From: Acidimicrobiaceae bacterium
Lineage (GTDB): Bacteria; Actinomycetota; Acidimicrobiia; Acidimicrobiales; Palsa-688
Assembly: GCA_003156595.1 (NCBI GenBank)
Contig: PMHH01000109.1
Span: forward strand, 7,168-71,167
Direction: 5' to 3'
DNA: 64,000 bases
The translations under genes were made by a program, and so were the position numbers. How positions within the stretch are numbered: the stretch's first letter is position 1; every line of letters begins with the position of its first letter. The notes under the pieces were generated by a model. That model was not told the origin of the DNA, did not search any database, and worked only from the letters and a program-made list of their open reading frames with translations. Below are positions 46,141 to 55,207 of the stretch, in pieces.

Positions 46141-47337
46141 TCACCGTCGACGATACGTGGATGCGCGGAGCTTTGGCGGATGAGCCCGCACGGCCTCTTC
46201 GTTGACGTCAGCCCCCCAGCCAGGTGTCACCGGTAGCACCAGATGTCCCTCGTCAAGTACTGGCACCGCGGTCACCAGGTCGTCCTTCCAAGGGACGTCG
46301 TCTATATCGGTCTCCATGATCCTGAAGTTGGGTATGAGGGCACAGAAGTGGGCGCTCATGAGGGTAGCGAGATGTCCGTAGAAATTGTGGGGAGCGACAT
46401 TCACCTCGTAGGCGTCAGCGAGAGCTGCGATCTTGAGCGACTCCAGGAGACCGTTCCAGGGAACGTCGACGATCAAGACGTCGACGGCTTCCCTTTCCAG
46501 AAATGGACGGTACTGCCGAACGCCGTACAGCGACTCACAGGACGCCACTGGCATGGTTGCGGAGCTTCGCAGATATGCCAGCGCGGCCGGCGACTGGCTG
46601 TCGGCTTCGAGCCAGAACAGGTCGAAATCCCGCAGGGCCCGAGCGAGCCGGACGAAACCCTCCGTCTTGGCGTTGGAGCTGAGATCAAGCATGATGTCCA
46701 CATCGGGACCCGCTCCCTCTCTGAGGGCACTCAACTGGTCGATCGCGGCGCCGATGATGGCCCGCTCGACGTTGAGCTCGGGCCAGCCGGGGCTGCCGGC
46801 GAAGGCCGGGATCCACAAGGAACCCCCGCCATCGAAGCTGAATATGTTCGTTTTGAGGGCGGTAAAATGGCGGTCCGCCACCTCCCGTCCGAGAGGGAGC
46901 AGGTCATCCACCGACAGCACCGGCGGGACGCCCATCAGGGCGGCCTCGGTGAGCCGGTAGAGCCCACAGTGCGACCAGTACACCCGGAGCCGCTGGCGGA
47001 TCGGTCCGCCCAGCATCTCGTACAACGGGACGCCGAGGGCCTTGGCTTTGACATCGAGAAGGGCATTTTGGATCGCCGCCACGGCCTGACTACTCACACC
47101 CCCCGACACCAGCCGGGTCATGGCGTGAAGCTCCGCGCTGATGCGCCCCACCGGACGAGGATCCGTGCCTAGTAGCGCCGGGGTTAGGGCCTCGATCACT
47201 GCGGTCAATCCGCCGTTCCCGTAGCTTTCGTTGTACTCCGACCAACCCACGAGCCCCTCGTCGGTCGAGACCTTCAGGAACGACAGCGTTCTCCAGCCGG
47301 CATCGCAGTGGAGGTGCTCGAATGCCGTGATCCTCAT
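46141..47337 (-). CDS. Enolase-superfamily (mandelate racemase / muconate lactonizing enzyme) protein
   Basis: The sequence reads MRITAFEHLHC...LKVSTDEGLVGWSEY...NALLDVKAKALGVPLYEMLGG. An ATGA overlap links it to the ACAD stop. The 93 upstream codons in the track are an artefact. Confidence 0.85.
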   Translation of the reverse strand: MRITAFEHLHCDAGWRTLSFLKVSTDEGLVGWSEYNESYGNGGLTAVIEALTPALLGTDPRPVGRISAELHAMTRLVSGGVSSQAVAAIQNALLDVKAKALGVPLYEMLGGPIRQRLRVYWSHCGLYRLTEAALMGVPPVLSVDDLLPLGREVADRHFTALKTNIFSFDGGGSLWIPAFAGSPGWPELNVERAIIGAAIDQLSALREGAGPDVDIMLDLSSNAKTEGFVRLARALRDFDLFWLEADSQSPAALAYLRSSATMPVASCESLYGVRQYRPFLEREAVDVLIVDVPWNGLLESLKIAALADAYEVNVAPHNFYGHLATLMSAHFCALIPNFRIMETDIDDVPWKDDLVTAVPVLDEGHLVLPVTPGWGADVNEEAVRAHPPKLRASTYRRR

Positions 47338-48611
47338 CGAGAGGTCGCGCCCACGCCCTTGGGTGCGTCCTGCTTCATAAAGCCAAATAGGTACCCGGCC
47401 ACCCGCCGCATCTGAATCTCCTCGGTGCCTTCGGTGATGCGATAACGCCGGTGGTGGCGGTAGATGTGCTCGAACGGCTTGTGGCGGGAATAGCCCAGAC
47501 CGCCGTGGACCTGCATCGCCCAGTCGGCGGCTTGGCAGCAGAGCCGGTTGGACCAGTAGTTGCACATGGATACCCGCTGCGACTGGGAGAAAGCCCCGTG
47601 GGTGTCCATCGACCACGCCGTCTTGTGGATGAGGGCCCTGAGCATCTCACATTGGGTCTCCATCTCCACCATGGGAAACTGGATGCCCTGATTCGATGAG
47701 AGCGACTTACCGAAGGGCGCTCGCTCCTTGGCATAGTCGACGGACTCGTTGATGCAGTACTGCGCCGCGCCCAGGCTCGACGCGGCTTGGCGAATGCGGT
47801 TCTCGTTGAAGAAGTGCTGGACGATCTCCAAGCCATGCTCCTCAGGACCAAACACGGCCGCCTCGGGCACCCACACGTTGGTGAGCGAGATGCGGGCGTG
47901 GTCCGTCGGCATATTGAACGTCCAGAGGTATTCCTCCACCTTGAACCCATTCGAGTCCGTCGGGACGAGGAACGCCGTGATGCCATCGCCATCACCTGCC
48001 CGGCCACTCGTTCGGGCAAAAATGATGTCGTGCTGGGCGGTATGCACTCCGGTGTTCCAAGTCTTCTCACCGTTGATGAGCCAGCCATCGCCGTCGCGGA
48101 TCGCGGAAGTCTCCATGTAGGTCGCGTCGGATCCATGCCGCGGCTCGGTGATCCCGAAGGCGAAGCTCCGCCGTCCGTCGGCGAGCTCTTCGGTCCACTC
48201 GGCCTTTTGCGCGTCAGAGCCATAGTGGATCATGAGGAGGAGGCCGACGTTGTTGCCGACCACGGCATGCTCATTTTGCAGGTCGCAGTGCAGGCCCAGA
48301 CCCTTCGATGTCAGATGCTCGCGTATGACGGCCATGTCCAAGTTGGTTCCGTTCCGCCCGCCGTACTCCTGCGGGAAGGGATACCGGTAGTGCCCGGCCG
48401 CGTCGGCTCTCCGGCGAGCCTCGCCGAGCAGGTCCTCCCATTCCCGTCGGGGGAGCCCACCGTTGTCCCAGTCGGTACGGGCGTACTCCCGTCGGTGATC
48501 GAAGAACCGGACGTTGTCGTCCTCCTGCTCGAGTGGTCGTATCTCGCGGTCGATGAAGTCGTCTAGCTCGGCCAGGTAGGCGACCAGAGTGGTGGGAAGA
48601 TCGAAGTCCAT
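47334..48611 (-). CDS. Acyl-CoA dehydrogenase-family protein (FadE2 / ACAD10-11-like type)
   Basis: The N-terminus is MDFDLPTTLVAYLAELDDFIDREIRPLE and the C-terminus is QVHGGLGYS...YRHHRRYRITEGTEEIQ. The ATG at 48611 is preferred. Confidence 0.9.
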   Translation of the reverse strand: MDFDLPTTLVAYLAELDDFIDREIRPLEQEDDNVRFFDHRREYARTDWDNGGLPRREWEDLLGEARRRADAAGHYRYPFPQEYGGRNGTNLDMAVIREHLTSKGLGLHCDLQNEHAVVGNNVGLLLMIHYGSDAQKAEWTEELADGRRSFAFGITEPRHGSDATYMETSAIRDGDGWLINGEKTWNTGVHTAQHDIIFARTSGRAGDGDGITAFLVPTDSNGFKVEEYLWTFNMPTDHARISLTNVWVPEAAVFGPEEHGLEIVQHFFNENRIRQAASSLGAAQYCINESVDYAKERAPFGKSLSSNQGIQFPMVEMETQCEMLRALIHKTAWSMDTHGAFSQSQRVSMCNYWSNRLCCQAADWAMQVHGGLGYSRHKPFEHIYRHHRRYRITEGTEEIQMRRVAGYLFGFMKQDAPKGVGATSR

Positions 48612-49600
48612 CACCGGACCGCCAACTCGTTGCCGAGGTCGACGAGAAAATCGACCTGCTCGGTGGGGTCCGTGCCGGCTGCCGGCATCAGACCCACGGT
48701 GAGGGCGTCGAGGCCTTGATTCATGTACCGGCGAATCCCCGATGCGCAGTCGCGGGGTGAGCCATACAGGACCAGATCGTCGACCACTTCTTGGGGGATG
48801 ACATCGACGGCGCGCTTGCGGTCCCCCGCCGCCCACGCGTCCCACAACGGGGTGAGTTCGCGCTCACGGCCAAGCCACCTCTGGTACTGGGCGTACACCG
48901 GAACGGTGAGGTACCCGGCGATGTGCCGGCGGGCCGCGATCTCGGCGCTTCGGTCGTCTCCTGGGACGACGAACACCCGGGCGCTGACCTCGAGAGGTGC
49001 TTCCTCACGTTTGACGTTGTCGGTGACGTCGTGGATGCGATCGAGGTCGCCGGCGGAAAGAAAGTTGAGCACGACCCCGTCGGCTCGGCTGGCGGCGAGC
49101 TTGAGCATCCGTGGACCAAGGGCGGCCACCAGGAGTAGCGGCGGCGTGGCGGGGATCCTGGACAGCTTGAACCCGCGGCTGGCGAAAGTCTTGTACTCGC
49201 CCTCCGAGCGCTCGCCTCGGAGGGCGGCCTGCACGAACTCCAGCGCCTCGGACACCCGGGTGTACGGCGTCTCGAACGGGATTCCGTTCCAGTTGTGCAC
49301 GATGACGTCTGACCCGGCACCGATCCCGAATCGGGCTCGTCCCGGCGCCAGTTCGCCCATGGCGGCCGCGGACATGGCGAGGAGAGCGGGCGGTCGAGTG
49401 AACGCGTTAACGACCCCGCACGCGATACCAACATGGTCGTTCCAACCGGCGTACAGAGCCAGCTGGCTCAGACCATCGATCCCGTTGACTTCCCCCGACC
49501 ACAGATCGACGTAGCCCGCGGTCGACAGCCTCTCGATCGCTGCCCGGTGTTGGTACAGCTCCAGGCCCTCTAAGGGCAGAGTCACCCCGAGACGGGTCAC
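48611..49600 (-). CDS. Luciferase-like (LLM class) flavin/F420-dependent oxidoreductase
   Basis: The pattern is LGVTLPLEG...GYVDLWSGEVNG...RFGIGAGS. Confidence 0.8.
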   Translation of the reverse strand: MTRLGVTLPLEGLELYQHRAAIERLSTAGYVDLWSGEVNGIDGLSQLALYAGWNDHVGIACGVVNAFTRPPALLAMSAAAMGELAPGRARFGIGAGSDVIVHNWNGIPFETPYTRVSEALEFVQAALRGERSEGEYKTFASRGFKLSRIPATPPLLLVAALGPRMLKLAASRADGVVLNFLSAGDLDRIHDVTDNVKREEAPLEVSARVFVVPGDDRSAEIAARRHIAGYLTVPVYAQYQRWLGRERELTPLWDAWAAGDRKRAVDVIPQEVVDDLVLYGSPRDCASGIRRYMNQGLDALTVGLMPAAGTDPTEQVDFLVDLGNELAVR

Positions 49601-49606
49601 AGATCG

Positions 49607-50341
49607 TCACTTCCCATCGCTCTCACCTTTCCGACTACTTCGCTTCTGTCCGGGCGCGCGCCGCTGGCTAGCAGGAACAGCCGCGGACCCGGCCCCTGTT
49701 GGCGCCTTCAATCCCAGCCCTTGGATCCAGAGACGGGTGAGGGTCTCGAGCGCAACCTTCTCGTCGAGCTCCTCGCCCAGGACCAGCCAGATATAGACGA
49801 ACCGGTCGACCATGGCCCCTAGCGCGATGGCGGCGTAACGAGGATCGAGACTGGCATCTGCCAGGCCGAGCGCTTGCCAGCGACGAATCGCTCTCGAGTT
49901 GCGGGCAATGTACTCCTCGCGGATCGACGCTCGGTACTGAGCCATCTCCCGATTAAAGGTACATACCTCCTCAAACGTCGCCATCAGGGCGGCGTTGCGC
50001 CGATACCCCGCTACGTACTGCTCATTGGTCCGGAGCACCGTCTCGTACGGATCCTCCTGTGCCGTCGCCGTACTGACGGGGCGAGTCATGTCGACCTTCA
50101 CGGCGTCTATGACCTCTCTGAAGATCTCCTCTTTGGACTCGAAGTAGGTATAGAAACTGCCATGAGACAGGCCGGCCTCTGTGGCTATATCTAAGACCCG
50201 GGCGTTGAGGAACCCATCCGACCCGAACACGCGCTTTGCCGCTTCGACGAGCGCCAACCGGCTTCGACGACCCCGTCTCGTCAACTCGGGCACCATACTC
50301 TGCTCGATCATGGACAGGTCTTTCGAGGTCTCAGCGGCCAT
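49607..50341 (-). CDS. TetR-family transcriptional regulator
   Basis: The HTH is FGSDGFLNARVLDIATEAGLSHGSFYTYFESKEEIF. The start is ATG 50341 or 50365. Confidence 0.85.
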   Translation of the reverse strand: MAAETSKDLSMIEQSMVPELTRRGRRSRLALVEAAKRVFGSDGFLNARVLDIATEAGLSHGSFYTYFESKEEIFREVIDAVKVDMTRPVSTATAQEDPYETVLRTNEQYVAGYRRNAALMATFEEVCTFNREMAQYRASIREEYIARNSRAIRRWQALGLADASLDPRYAAIALGAMVDRFVYIWLVLGEELDEKVALETLTRLWIQGLGLKAPTGAGSAAVPASQRRAPGQKRSSRKGESDGK

Positions 50342-50405
50342 GTTCCTTCCCGGTAGGTGCGGCATTCCGAAACTGCCCTACCCAATAGGGTACCCAGACC
50401 TGAGG

Positions 50406-50460
50406 TCGACGTCAAGTTCTCCTGTACTTGACGTCAAGTTTGATTGTACTTGACGTCAAG
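50406..50460. promoter_or_regulatory. Three phased palindromic sites (core TTGACGTCAA), candidate TetR operators in a divergent promoter
   Basis: ACTTGACGTCAAGT at 50426-50439 is a perfect 14-bp palindrome. CTTGACGTCAAG at 50449-50460 is a perfect 12-bp palindrome. TCGACGTCAA at 50406-50415 is imperfect. The GAC|GTC centres are exactly 22 bp apart. Confidence 0.6.
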
Positions 50461-50605
50461 CTCAGGTTTGGTTACGCTTGCGAAGTCCGATGTCCTGTTT
50501 GTGGCATCGGACGCCTTCTCGATTTGGCTGAGTTCCAGGCGAGACAGGCTCACCTGCATCGCCATCACGGCTTCCACCAAATCACCATCAAAGGGGGGTC
50601 CTCGC

Positions 50606-51820
50606 ATGAGGTTCCGGACCATCAAGATTGTTACCGCGCTGGGCTTGGTTTCAGTGCTGGCTGCCGCGTGTGGCAGCTCCAAGTCCTCGTCGACCCCGAC
50701 GAGTGCGGGTAGCTCATCCAGCGCATTGCCCGCCACCATCAAGATCGGCGTTCCGCTCGATCTAACCGGCAGTAGTGAGATCACCGGCGTGGGAACGGGC
50801 GAGTGGGCCGGCGTGCAATTTGCCGTAAATCAGATCAACAGCTCGGGCTTTTTGGGCACCAGCAAGATCGACCCGGTGATGTTTGACACGCAGGCCAGCA
50901 AGACGGAGGCCGTGCAACGCACGGTGGAGCTGATCAGCAGCGACCACGTTTCCGCCATCGTCGGTTACAGCTTGACACCGTCGTTCCTGGCCGCCGGGCC
51001 CATCGCCCAGAAAGACGGAATCCCGGTGATGGCCGTGGGTCTATCGGGCGCCGGTGTCACCGAGGTCGGCAACTACATCTTCCGAGAGCTACTGGACTAC
51101 ACGAAGCTGTACGCGTTCGGTGATCCGCAGTTCGTCAAGGCGACCCATGCCACGACCGCGGCGTATCTCTACGGAAGTGACACGGTCACCACGAGTGGCC
51201 AGTACGCGGCCCGCCGGAAGCTTCTCGAAAGCTTGGGCGTCAAGACGGTCGCAGTCGAGACGATTACCGCAGCTACGACCGACATGCAGGCTCAGCTGAC
51301 CGCCATCAAGGACGCCAACCCCGACCTTCTGGTCGTCAACGTCGATACCGGACAGGTCCCGTCCGTACTGGTCCAGCTCGGCGAGTCAGGCATCACCGCG
51401 CAGTATCTCGGCGATACCTCACTCGGTAGCGCCGTGGTCACCGGCAATCCGGCCGCCATCAAGGCCGCCCAGTGCGGCCTCTTTACCACGCCTTGGGTCC
51501 CCACCAGCACGGCCGGAGGGAACCCGCTGTTCGTGTCGCAGTGGAAGGCCGCCAACAATGGGCAAACCCCGGACTTCTTTGACGCCTTGGGCAGAGACGC
51601 CATGTGGGCCATGGCCACGGCCATCAAGAATGCCAACTCTGTCAACCCGAGCCAGATCCGCGACGCTCTGTCGCAAATCTCGGGCTTCTCCGGGGCGCTC
51701 GGGCTGTACGGGTGGAACAACCCCGCTGCACCGGGACAACCCACTTATGGTGGTGTGAACGAGCAGGTGCAGAACGGGCAGGACGTCCCCTGGACGTCGT
51801 CGACCACCTGCACCAAGTAG
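50606..51820 (+). CDS. Liv-type ABC substrate-binding lipoprotein
   Basis: An ATG at 50606 follows AAGGGGGG. The lipobox is LAAAC-GSS, and the body is a periplasmic binding fold. Confidence 0.85.
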   Translation: MRFRTIKIVTALGLVSVLAAACGSSKSSSTPTSAGSSSSALPATIKIGVPLDLTGSSEITGVGTGEWAGVQFAVNQINSSGFLGTSKIDPVMFDTQASKTEAVQRTVELISSDHVSAIVGYSLTPSFLAAGPIAQKDGIPVMAVGLSGAGVTEVGNYIFRELLDYTKLYAFGDPQFVKATHATTAAYLYGSDTVTTSGQYAARRKLLESLGVKTVAVETITAATTDMQAQLTAIKDANPDLLVVNVDTGQVPSVLVQLGESGITAQYLGDTSLGSAVVTGNPAAIKAAQCGLFTTPWVPTSTAGGNPLFVSQWKAANNGQTPDFFDALGRDAMWAMATAIKNANSVNPSQIRDALSQISGFSGALGLYGWNNPAAPGQPTYGGVNEQVQNGQDVPWTSSTTCTK

Positions 51821-51836
51821 TAGCGGCTCCCCAGCG

Positions 51837-52712
51837 GTGCTCCAGCAGACCGTCAACGGCATCGCCTTGGGGGCGACTTACTCCCTCCTCGGCCTGGGTG
51901 TCACGCTGATTTGGGGAGTGCTCCGGGTTCTCAACTTCGCCTACAGCCAGTTCATCGTCTGGGGCGCGTTCGGAACACTCATCGCCATCGAGAACCACGT
52001 GCCCACCGTCTTCGCCGTCCTGATCGGGATGGCGGTGGCGGGGGTGGTGGCGGTCTTCGTCGACATGACGGTAATGCAGTTTATGCGCCGACGTGGCACC
52101 TCCGAGTTCGCCCTGGTGGTAGCCACGATCGGCGTCTATTACATCCTGTCGAGTGTGGCTCAGGATCGTTCCAAATCCCAAATCGAGACGTTTCCCATAG
52201 GAGGCTTCCCGCACGGATCGGTCGACATCGGGAGCACCAGCCTCCCGAGCCTTCAGCTGCTCAGCTTGGTGATCTCGGTGGCGGTGATGATCGTCCTCGG
52301 GTACTGGCTCAACCGGACCCGACTCGGTCGAGCCACTCGTACGGTGGCTTACTCCGCCCCGACTGCCGAGCTGTTGGGTGTCAACAGCCGGGCCATCTTC
52401 GCCCTCGCGGTGTTTGTGTCTGGTTGCCTGGCGGCCCTGGCGGGCATCTTCAACGCCGCCGATTCGTCCACGCTCTCCTACTCAGATGGAGATCAGCTCC
52501 TAGTCGTGGCGTTCGCAGTGATCGTGCTAGGGGGAATGGGCTCGGTGAAGGGCGCGGTCATCGGGGGCCTGGCGCTGGGCCTGGTGCAGGTGTACACCAC
52601 GTTGTACGTGTCGGGAGTGTTCAGCAATGCCATCACCTACCTGCTGATTGTCGGGGTTCTCATCGTGCGGCCCAACGGCCTCTTCGGAGTTCGAGAGGAA
52701 GCCCGTGTTTGA
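51837..52712 (+). CDS. LivH-like ABC permease
   Basis: LQQTVNGIALGATYSLLGLGVTLIWG is the typical N-terminus. Confidence 0.9.
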   Translation: MLQQTVNGIALGATYSLLGLGVTLIWGVLRVLNFAYSQFIVWGAFGTLIAIENHVPTVFAVLIGMAVAGVVAVFVDMTVMQFMRRRGTSEFALVVATIGVYYILSSVAQDRSKSQIETFPIGGFPHGSVDIGSTSLPSLQLLSLVISVAVMIVLGYWLNRTRLGRATRTVAYSAPTAELLGVNSRAIFALAVFVSGCLAALAGIFNAADSSTLSYSDGDQLLVVAFAVIVLGGMGSVKGAVIGGLALGLVQVYTTLYVSGVFSNAITYLLIVGVLIVRPNGLFGVREEARV

Positions 52713-53628
52713 CTGGCTAAACCCCTACACCCAGCTGGTGGCCGCCGGGATCCTCGTCAACGCCCTTCTGGTCCTGTCGCTATTCGTGGTATTCCAATGC
52801 GGCGTCCTGTCGCTCGCCACCATCGGCTTCATGGCCGACGGCGCCTACACGTCCTCTCTCCTGGCGACCAAGCAGCATTGGCCTACCGTGCCGGCGATCG
52901 CCGCCGGCGCCGTCGTGGCGGCGGTACTGGCGTACATCTTCGGAAGGCTGGTCCTCCATCTGCGCGGTATCTATCTGGCGCTGGGCACCTTCGCCCTGGG
53001 ACAGGTGTTCGTGCTCGGTATCGCCAACTTCACGTGGACAGGCGGTCCGGGCGGGATCGTCGGTATCCCGGTCGACATCACGTTGGCCGAGCTGGTGTTC
53101 GTCGTCCTGGCCGTCGGCGTGGTGTTCCAGCTTGTCCACTTGTCGTTCGTGGGGCGAGCCCTTCGGGCCATTCGACTCGACGAGCGGGTCGCAGCAGGGG
53201 CCGGCATCAATGTCGCTCGCTACCGGACTCTGGCCTTCACGGCGAGCGGATTCCTGGCCGGGCTGGCGGGCGGCTTCGAAGCATTCCAGACCGGGGTAAT
53301 CAGTCCGGACCAGTACAGCTTCGTCCTGCTCGTGCAGATCCTGGCGCTGGCGATGATCGCGGGGAGTTACCTGTGGGCCGGTTCGGTCCTCACCGCCATC
53401 GCCATCGGTGTGGCGCAGCAGTACATCGGTACCACAGATGCTCTCGCCGAAGGGCTCTTGTATGGAGGGCTCCTGGTCGTGGTGATGATCTTGGTGCCCA
53501 ACGGAATCACCGACCCCCGTCTCCTGCGCCGGCTCACTTTCCGCCGTCTCCGGCCCCACCGTGGCCCCTCTTCGCCTCCGACGAGCGAGGCGAGCCCATC
53601 AGGGGCGTCCCCCCTCGTGATCAAGTGA
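52705..53628 (+). CDS. LivM-like ABC permease
   Basis: The GTG at 52705 overlaps the LivH-like stop (GTGTTTGA). The sequence contains CGVLSLATIGFMADGAYTS. Confidence 0.85.
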   Translation: MFDWLNPYTQLVAAGILVNALLVLSLFVVFQCGVLSLATIGFMADGAYTSSLLATKQHWPTVPAIAAGAVVAAVLAYIFGRLVLHLRGIYLALGTFALGQVFVLGIANFTWTGGPGGIVGIPVDITLAELVFVVLAVGVVFQLVHLSFVGRALRAIRLDERVAAGAGINVARYRTLAFTASGFLAGLAGGFEAFQTGVISPDQYSFVLLVQILALAMIAGSYLWAGSVLTAIAIGVAQQYIGTTDALAEGLLYGGLLVVVMILVPNGITDPRLLRRLTFRRLRPHRGPSSPPTSEASPSGASPLVIK

Positions 53629-54479
53629 CTGGCGCCTCGACGGTTGCCTCGCCCGAGGGGCTCGCGGACGTGCCCGCGGTGGCGATCGAGAACCTTGGCA
53701 AGCGGTTTGGCGGCGTGGTCGCAGTATCGGACGTGACTTTCGCCCTCAGCGACGAAACCATCACCGGGCTCATCGGCCCGAACGGGGCCGGCAAGACCAC
53801 CCTTCTCAACCTCATCACCGGCTACCTGAAGCCAACTTCGGGATCAATCGCCATCAAGGGGAAGACCGTCACTGGTTGGCTCCCGCACGCAGTCGCGGGC
53901 ATGGGAGTGGCCCGGACCTATCAAAACATATTGCTCCTGGATAGCGAAACCGTCGCTACCAACATCCTGATCGGCTGCCATGGAGCCTTACAGCGCCGCC
54001 GGTTGGTCACTCGGGCGAAGGAGTGGCGGAGCCGACCGGGCCGTGATGTCGTCGAGCGACTCCTGACGGTCCTCAACCTGCGGGAGGTGGCCAAAGACGA
54101 AGTCGCACAGCTCCCGTACGGGATGAGGCGCCGAGTGGAGATTGCCAGGGCCTTGGCGGCCAGCCCCAGTCTGCTGATCCTGGACGAACCCACCGCAGGA
54201 ATGACCCGCGACGAGTCCGACGAGATTGGCCGCCTGGTACAGCAGGTCCGCGACGCCGGTACCACCGTCTTGCTGGTGGAACACAACGTCCGGCTGGTGA
54301 GGGCCATTTGCGACGAGGTACTGGTGCTCCAGTGGGGAAACATTATTGCCCGGGATTCGGCCGAGCGCGTCTGGGACGACCCCGTGGTGCGTACTGCGTA
54401 CCTCGGGGACATGGAAGGGCAGGAGTCGGAGACGGGCCCGGCCAAGCAGGAAGGCGGCACTACCAATGCTGGTGCTTGA
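53625..54479 (+). CDS. LivG-like ABC ATPase
   Basis: A GTGA overlap marks the start. The motifs are GPNGAGKTT, LPYGMRRRVEIA and LLILDEPTAGM. The upstream part of track ORF 52797..54479 is an artefact. Confidence 0.9.
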   Translation: MTGASTVASPEGLADVPAVAIENLGKRFGGVVAVSDVTFALSDETITGLIGPNGAGKTTLLNLITGYLKPTSGSIAIKGKTVTGWLPHAVAGMGVARTYQNILLLDSETVATNILIGCHGALQRRRLVTRAKEWRSRPGRDVVERLLTVLNLREVAKDEVAQLPYGMRRRVEIARALAASPSLLILDEPTAGMTRDESDEIGRLVQQVRDAGTTVLLVEHNVRLVRAICDEVLVLQWGNIIARDSAERVWDDPVVRTAYLGDMEGQESETGPAKQEGGTTNAGA

Positions 54480-55158
54480 GAACCTCGAGGTCCGCTATGG
54501 CAAGATCCGGGCCCTGCGGGGAGTCAGTCTCACCGTCCCCGATCACGCTGTCGTCGCCGTTCTTGGTCCTAATGGGGCAGGCAAGTCCTCGATGCTGAAA
54601 GCGATCAGTGGCACCGTACGCCCATTCGCCGGACGGATCCTCTGGAATGGGACCGACATATCGAGGATGGCTCCCCACAAGATTCTGCGCCTTGGGATCG
54701 CGCACGTACCCGAAGGTCGCGCCATGATCGCGCCACTCACCGTCGAGGAGAATCTGCAGATGGGGGCGTACATCACCCCCCGTTCTGAAATCGACGATAT
54801 GCAGGACCGGATGCTCGAGCTCTTCCCCCCGCTGAAGGCTCGGCTCAGCACTACGGCTGGAAGCCTGTCGGGAGGCGAGCAGCAGATGCTCGCCATCGCC
54901 CGAGGTCTGATGTCCAAACCGAAGCTGATCGCTATCGACGAGCCATCCATGGGCCTGGCTCCCGCCGTCGCCAATGACGTGCTCGCCGCGCTGGCAGCCA
55001 TCGTGCAGACGGGCACCTCGGTCCTCCTCGTCGAGCAGAACGCCGCGCTCGCCCTGCGGCTGGCCCACGACGTGGTGGTCATCGGTCACGGCGAGGTCCA
55101 GGCAGCTGGGACCTCCGAGGAGCTCGGTCACGACATCCTGGCCGCCTACGTGGAATGA
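54466..55158 (+). CDS. LivF-like ABC ATPase
   Basis: The motifs are GPNGAGKSS, LSGGEQQMLAIA and LIAIDEPSMGLAP. Confidence 0.9.
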   Translation: MLVLENLEVRYGKIRALRGVSLTVPDHAVVAVLGPNGAGKSSMLKAISGTVRPFAGRILWNGTDISRMAPHKILRLGIAHVPEGRAMIAPLTVEENLQMGAYITPRSEIDDMQDRMLELFPPLKARLSTTAGSLSGGEQQMLAIARGLMSKPKLIAIDEPSMGLAPAVANDVLAALAAIVQTGTSVLLVEQNAALALRLAHDVVVIGHGEVQAAGTSEELGHDILAAYVE

Positions 55159-55207
55159 CGCGCCTACCCGATCACCCGACGCTCGACCCGGCCGCTGGAG
55201 GAGCCGA

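Noticed and set aside
52797-53624. Long upstream extensions of real genes in the ORF track: 52797-53624, 59084-59440, 54974-55207, 47338-47616, 48612-48845, 16334-16669, 40409-40528 and 23901-24002.
   Set aside because: The extensions are Arg/Pro/Gly-rich and overlap the preceding, well-supported gene. In each case an internal ATG or GTG with an RBS or a 1-4 nt stop/start overlap begins the recognisable domain.
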